Shown here: in pieces, positions 60,476 to 64,000 of the stretch
Layout of the letters: the number at the start of each line of letters is the position of its first letter
Numbering within the stretch: position 1 is the stretch's first letter
Source of the DNA: Pristiophorus japonicus
Lineage: Eukaryota
Assembly: GCF_044704955.1 (NCBI RefSeq)
Contig: NC_091981.1
Span: 264,926,001-264,990,000 of the forward strand
Direction of reading: 5' to 3'
DNA: 64,000 nucleotides
Notes under the pieces: model-generated
Told to the model about the DNA's origin: nothing
Databases searched by the model: none
The model's input: only the letters and a program-made list of their open reading frames with translations
Program-made: the position numbers and the translations under genes

Positions 60476-61544
60476 TGCTGAATAAACATTCATTTCAGAA
60501 ACTCACCTTTATTTCCACAGTTCTATAAAATGCATATTTTGATTGAATGTGAATGAAGCTGCTCCAATGTGGTGTCAGGTTTAACTTCCTTTTTTGGCAA
60601 GACCAGCATTTGTTGCCCATCCCTAATTATCCGTGAACCGTTGCAGTATTATTGTTTTTCGTAGCGGTTATGTACAACTGGGTGGCTAGCTAGGCCATTT
60701 CAGAGGGCAGTTAAGAGTCAACCACATTGCTGTGGGTCTGGAATCACATATAGGCAGACCGGGTAAGTGCAGCAAATTTCCTTCCCAAAGGGACATGAGT
60801 GAATCCAATGGGTTTTTAACACAATCCGGTAGTTCTATTCATGTCACATACTAAAAAATAGAATTTTAAACCTTTTAAAGGCTTCATGCATGTGGAGATT
60901 GTAGAAATCGTTCCGCAATCAACAGACCACACATGGTCAATTAAATGCAGAACAACTGCAAAACAAGCATGGTTATAGAGATGGGCAACAATACTGCTGC
61001 GTCTTTTTCAGAGGAGGCCATGGAAAGAAATAAGTATTGCCTAGAATAGGGGTCAAAAGATGTTGTGGGAGGGAAATCCCTGATGGAGTAATCATATAGG
61101 GTCTTTTAATGGAGCAGGCTTGATGGGCTGAATGGCCTTTTCTCTGTTAACTTCTGTTATGAATGATCTCACTGAGCATTAATATCCTTTGGGACGATTC
61201 ATGCAGATCAGTGACGTGTTGTGGGTTGTCAAACATACTGTTTAAGAGTGAATGTAACAATTCTTGTAGCAGTATCTTGTACATTGTAGGTAAGATAATA
61301 AATTGCACACGGTGCAATGAGGTTTGTCATCTCACCTTGGAGTCTAGGTGGGCTTTCTAAAATATTTAAAATTGGCTTCAATTAGTTCAGCTGAAATCAT
61401 AAACCTTTCAATTCGGTTACAGGATTGTAACTCTTTCCCATGTGTCTGGTTTTTCTCCAAGCATCTGCAATGCATTGGAAGATAAGAGCCTGCAAAAAGT
61501 GGATGCAGTTTAATGAAGATTTTACCTGAATATGGATTGTCTTG

Positions 61545-61872
61545 AATTCATATGGCACAGAAAGAGGCCATTGGGCCTATTGTGCCTGTGCTAGTTTTTT
61601 AAAAGAGCTATCCAATTAGTCCCATTCTTGCCCTTTCCCTATAGCCCTGCAAATGTTTCCCTTTCAAGTATTCATCCAATTCGCATTTGAAAATTATTAT
61701 TCAATCTTCTGCCACCACACTCAAAGGAGGACAACACCAGCTTCTTTAGTCTCTCCATGTAACTGAACTCCTGCATCCCTGGTACCATTCTGGTAAATCT
61801 CTGCACCCTCTCCAAGGCCTTGACATCCTTGCTAAAGTGTGGTGCCCAGAATTGAACACCATACTCCAGCTG
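61545..61872 (-). mobile_element. Old CR1 3' fragment
   Basis: QLEYGVQFWAPHFSKDVKALERVQ. Confidence 0.8.
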
Positions 61873-62172
61873 TTGCAATTCAGTCACATTATTAACCAGC
61901 AACTATTCAGTGTTACTTTAACCATCAGTGTTTTGAAAATTAGGGCAGGAGGACTCCAGTTGTGGCATTGATCAGAATAACCGCTGATAAAAAAGAAAAA
62001 TGTAATTTTGCACTGAGGTAGATTTATATGTCCAACACAAAGTCACATACTCCTGTACTTGTTCTTTATAGGGAATTTTTATTTGTCTCAATTAATTGTC
62101 TTCAAAAGATCTCCCATTCTTCATGGGATGTTCTCTTGATAATGTGATCACTTGTCCTTTGTCTCCATTCTG

Positions 62173-63229
62173 ATAAACGGGTCCTTTTCAGAATGGCAGG
62201 CAGTGACTAGTGGGGTGCTGCAGGGCTCAGTGCTGTGACCCCAGCTATTTAGAATATACATGAATGATTTAGATGAAGGAATTGAGTGTAATATCTCCAA
62301 GTTTGTAGATGACACTTAGCTGGGTGGCGGTATGAGCTGTGAGGAGGATGCTAAGAGGCTGCAGGGTGACTTGGACAGGTTAGGTGGGTGGGCAAATGCA
62401 TGGCAGATGCAGCATAATGTGGATAAATGTGAGGTTATCCACTTTGGTGGCAAAAACATGAAGGCAGAATATTATCGGCAGCAGATTAGGAAAAGGGGAG
62501 GTGCAAAGAGACCTGGGTGTCATGGTACATCAGTCATTGAAAGTTAGCATGCAGGTACAGCAGGCGGTGAAGAAGGCAAATGGTATGTTGGCCTTCATAG
62601 CGAGAGGATTTGAGTATAGGAGCAGGGAAGTCTAACTGCAGTTGTACAGGGCCTTGGTGAGGCCCCACCTGGAATATTGTGTTCAGTTTTGGTCCCCTAA
62701 TCTGAGGAAGGACGTTCTTGCTATTGAGGGAGTGCAGCGGAGGTTCACCAGACTGATTCCTGGGATGGCAGGACTGACATATGAGGAGAGACTGGATCGA
62801 CTGGGCCTGAATTCACTGGAGTTTAGAAGGATGAGAGGGGATCTCATCGAAACATATAAAATTCTGACTGGACTGGACAGGTTGGATGCAGGAAGAATGT
62901 TCCCGATGTTGGGGAAGTTGAGAACCAGGGGACATAGTCGTAGGATAAGGGGTAAGCCATTTAGGACTGGGATGAGGAGGAACATCTTCACTCAGAGAGT
63001 TGTTAACCTATGGAATTACCTACCGCAGAGAGTTGTTGATGCCAGTTCATTGGATATATTCAAGAAGGAGTTAGATATGCCCCTTGCGGCTAAAGGGATC
63101 AAGGGGTATGGAAAGAAAGCAGGAACGGCCATGATCTTATTGTATGATCAGCCATGATCTTATTGAATGGTGTTGCAGGCTCGAAGGGCCGGACGCCCTA
63201 CTCCTGAACCTATTTTCTATGTTTCGATG
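62173..63229 (+). mobile_element. CR1 subfamily A, 5'-truncated, decayed
   Basis: RT C-terminal ORFs 62332-62547 and 62642-63157; tail TTTTCTATGTTTCGATG. Confidence 0.9.
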
Positions 63230-63404
63230 TGGTCTGGTACCAGAAATGTGAACCTGTGTGTTCTTTCCACAGGTGCTCCCAGACCTGCTGAATCTTTCCA
63301 GTATTTCTGCTTTTGTTTCAGATTTCTAGTATCTGCAACATTTTGCTTTTTGTTCTCCTTATAAGACTGTGTGCAGCTGAATATTCATTGTTGTTATTTT
63401 CAAA

Positions 63405-63690
63405 ATTACAAGGAGAAACGGTAACCAGAGGACACAGATTTAAGATAATTGGCGAAAGATCCAGAGGGGAGATGAGGACAATTTTTTTTTCCGCGGCATT
63501 TTATGATCTGGATTGTACTGCCTGAAAGAGTGGTGCAAGCAGCTTCAATAGTAACTTTCAAAAAGGAACTGGATATATACTTGAAAAAGAAAAATTGTCT
63601 GTTGGGCAGGGAGACTAAGTGGATATCTCATTCGAAGAGCCGACACAGGCACGATGGGCTAAATGGCCTCCTTCGGTTCTGAAAGATTAT
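63405..63690 (+). mobile_element. Old CR1 3' fragment
   Basis: TRGHRFKIIGERSRGEMR; 3' UTR motif. Confidence 0.7.
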
Positions 63691-64000
63691 TTGATTTTTG
63701 GCTGCTTGTTTCACAGTGAGGTCCCCTACTTTCAGCCATTCTTCATAAAAGATGTTGAGTGCTTTGGCGAACAGTAGGACTTGAGCTTGAACCTACCACT
63801 ACACTGCACAGTTCTCTATGTTGCCTGTGCCATCAGATGGATGGCTGTTCTGTATAGGGAGATGCGTCTAGACTACGATCCTGTATCTAGTGACTGACTC
63901 AGAGCAGCAATCATAAAGACTTAGCAACAGATTGCTTGCCCATCTTTTTTTGGGAGAAGTGGATTGAGGGCTACTATGTGGTGCAGGAAAAAAGGACCAA

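Noticed and set aside
43378-64000. ESYT2 exon 2 (expected VHFPD.ERAEWLNK)
   Set aside because: Not found by eye; it probably lies beyond the window, though a ~42-bp exon could have been missed.
1-64000. Prokaryotic-type systems (CRISPR array, retron, DGR) suggested by the many RT ORFs
   Set aside because: All RTs are vertebrate non-LTR types with APE endonuclease and microsatellite tails; no repeat-spacer array or operon structure.

Overview
Eukaryotic, repeat-saturated vertebrate DNA. The repeat set (HER1/CR1-type LINEs, Deu-domain SacSINE-like SINEs, RTE, L2, Tx1) points to a shark/cartilaginous fish; that taxonomic call is inference. The only host gene I can support is the 5' end of ESYT2 (extended synaptotagmin-2): a CpG-island promoter with clustered CRE sites and coding exon 1 at 43030-43377 (+), followed by a first intron running past the window end. 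The rest is mostly nested transposons: many CR1 copies of at least two subfamilies (one full-length, one with an uninterrupted 932-aa EN-RT frame, one chimeric), a pol-less Gypsy LTR element with both LTRs and a TSD, Harbinger-like and hAT-like MITEs, RTE LINE fragments and an RTE-derived bipartite element, plus a 293-nt assembly gap. The most interesting signal is at the CR1 ORF1/ORF2 junction. All four copies carry an in-phase slippery heptamer (T_TTA_AAC or G_TTA_AAC) followed about 10 nt later by four G-tracts, with ORF2 in the -1 frame and no conserved ORF2 AUG. This suggests programmed -1 ribosomal frameshifting in a LINE. All boundaries were read by eye; no database searches were run.
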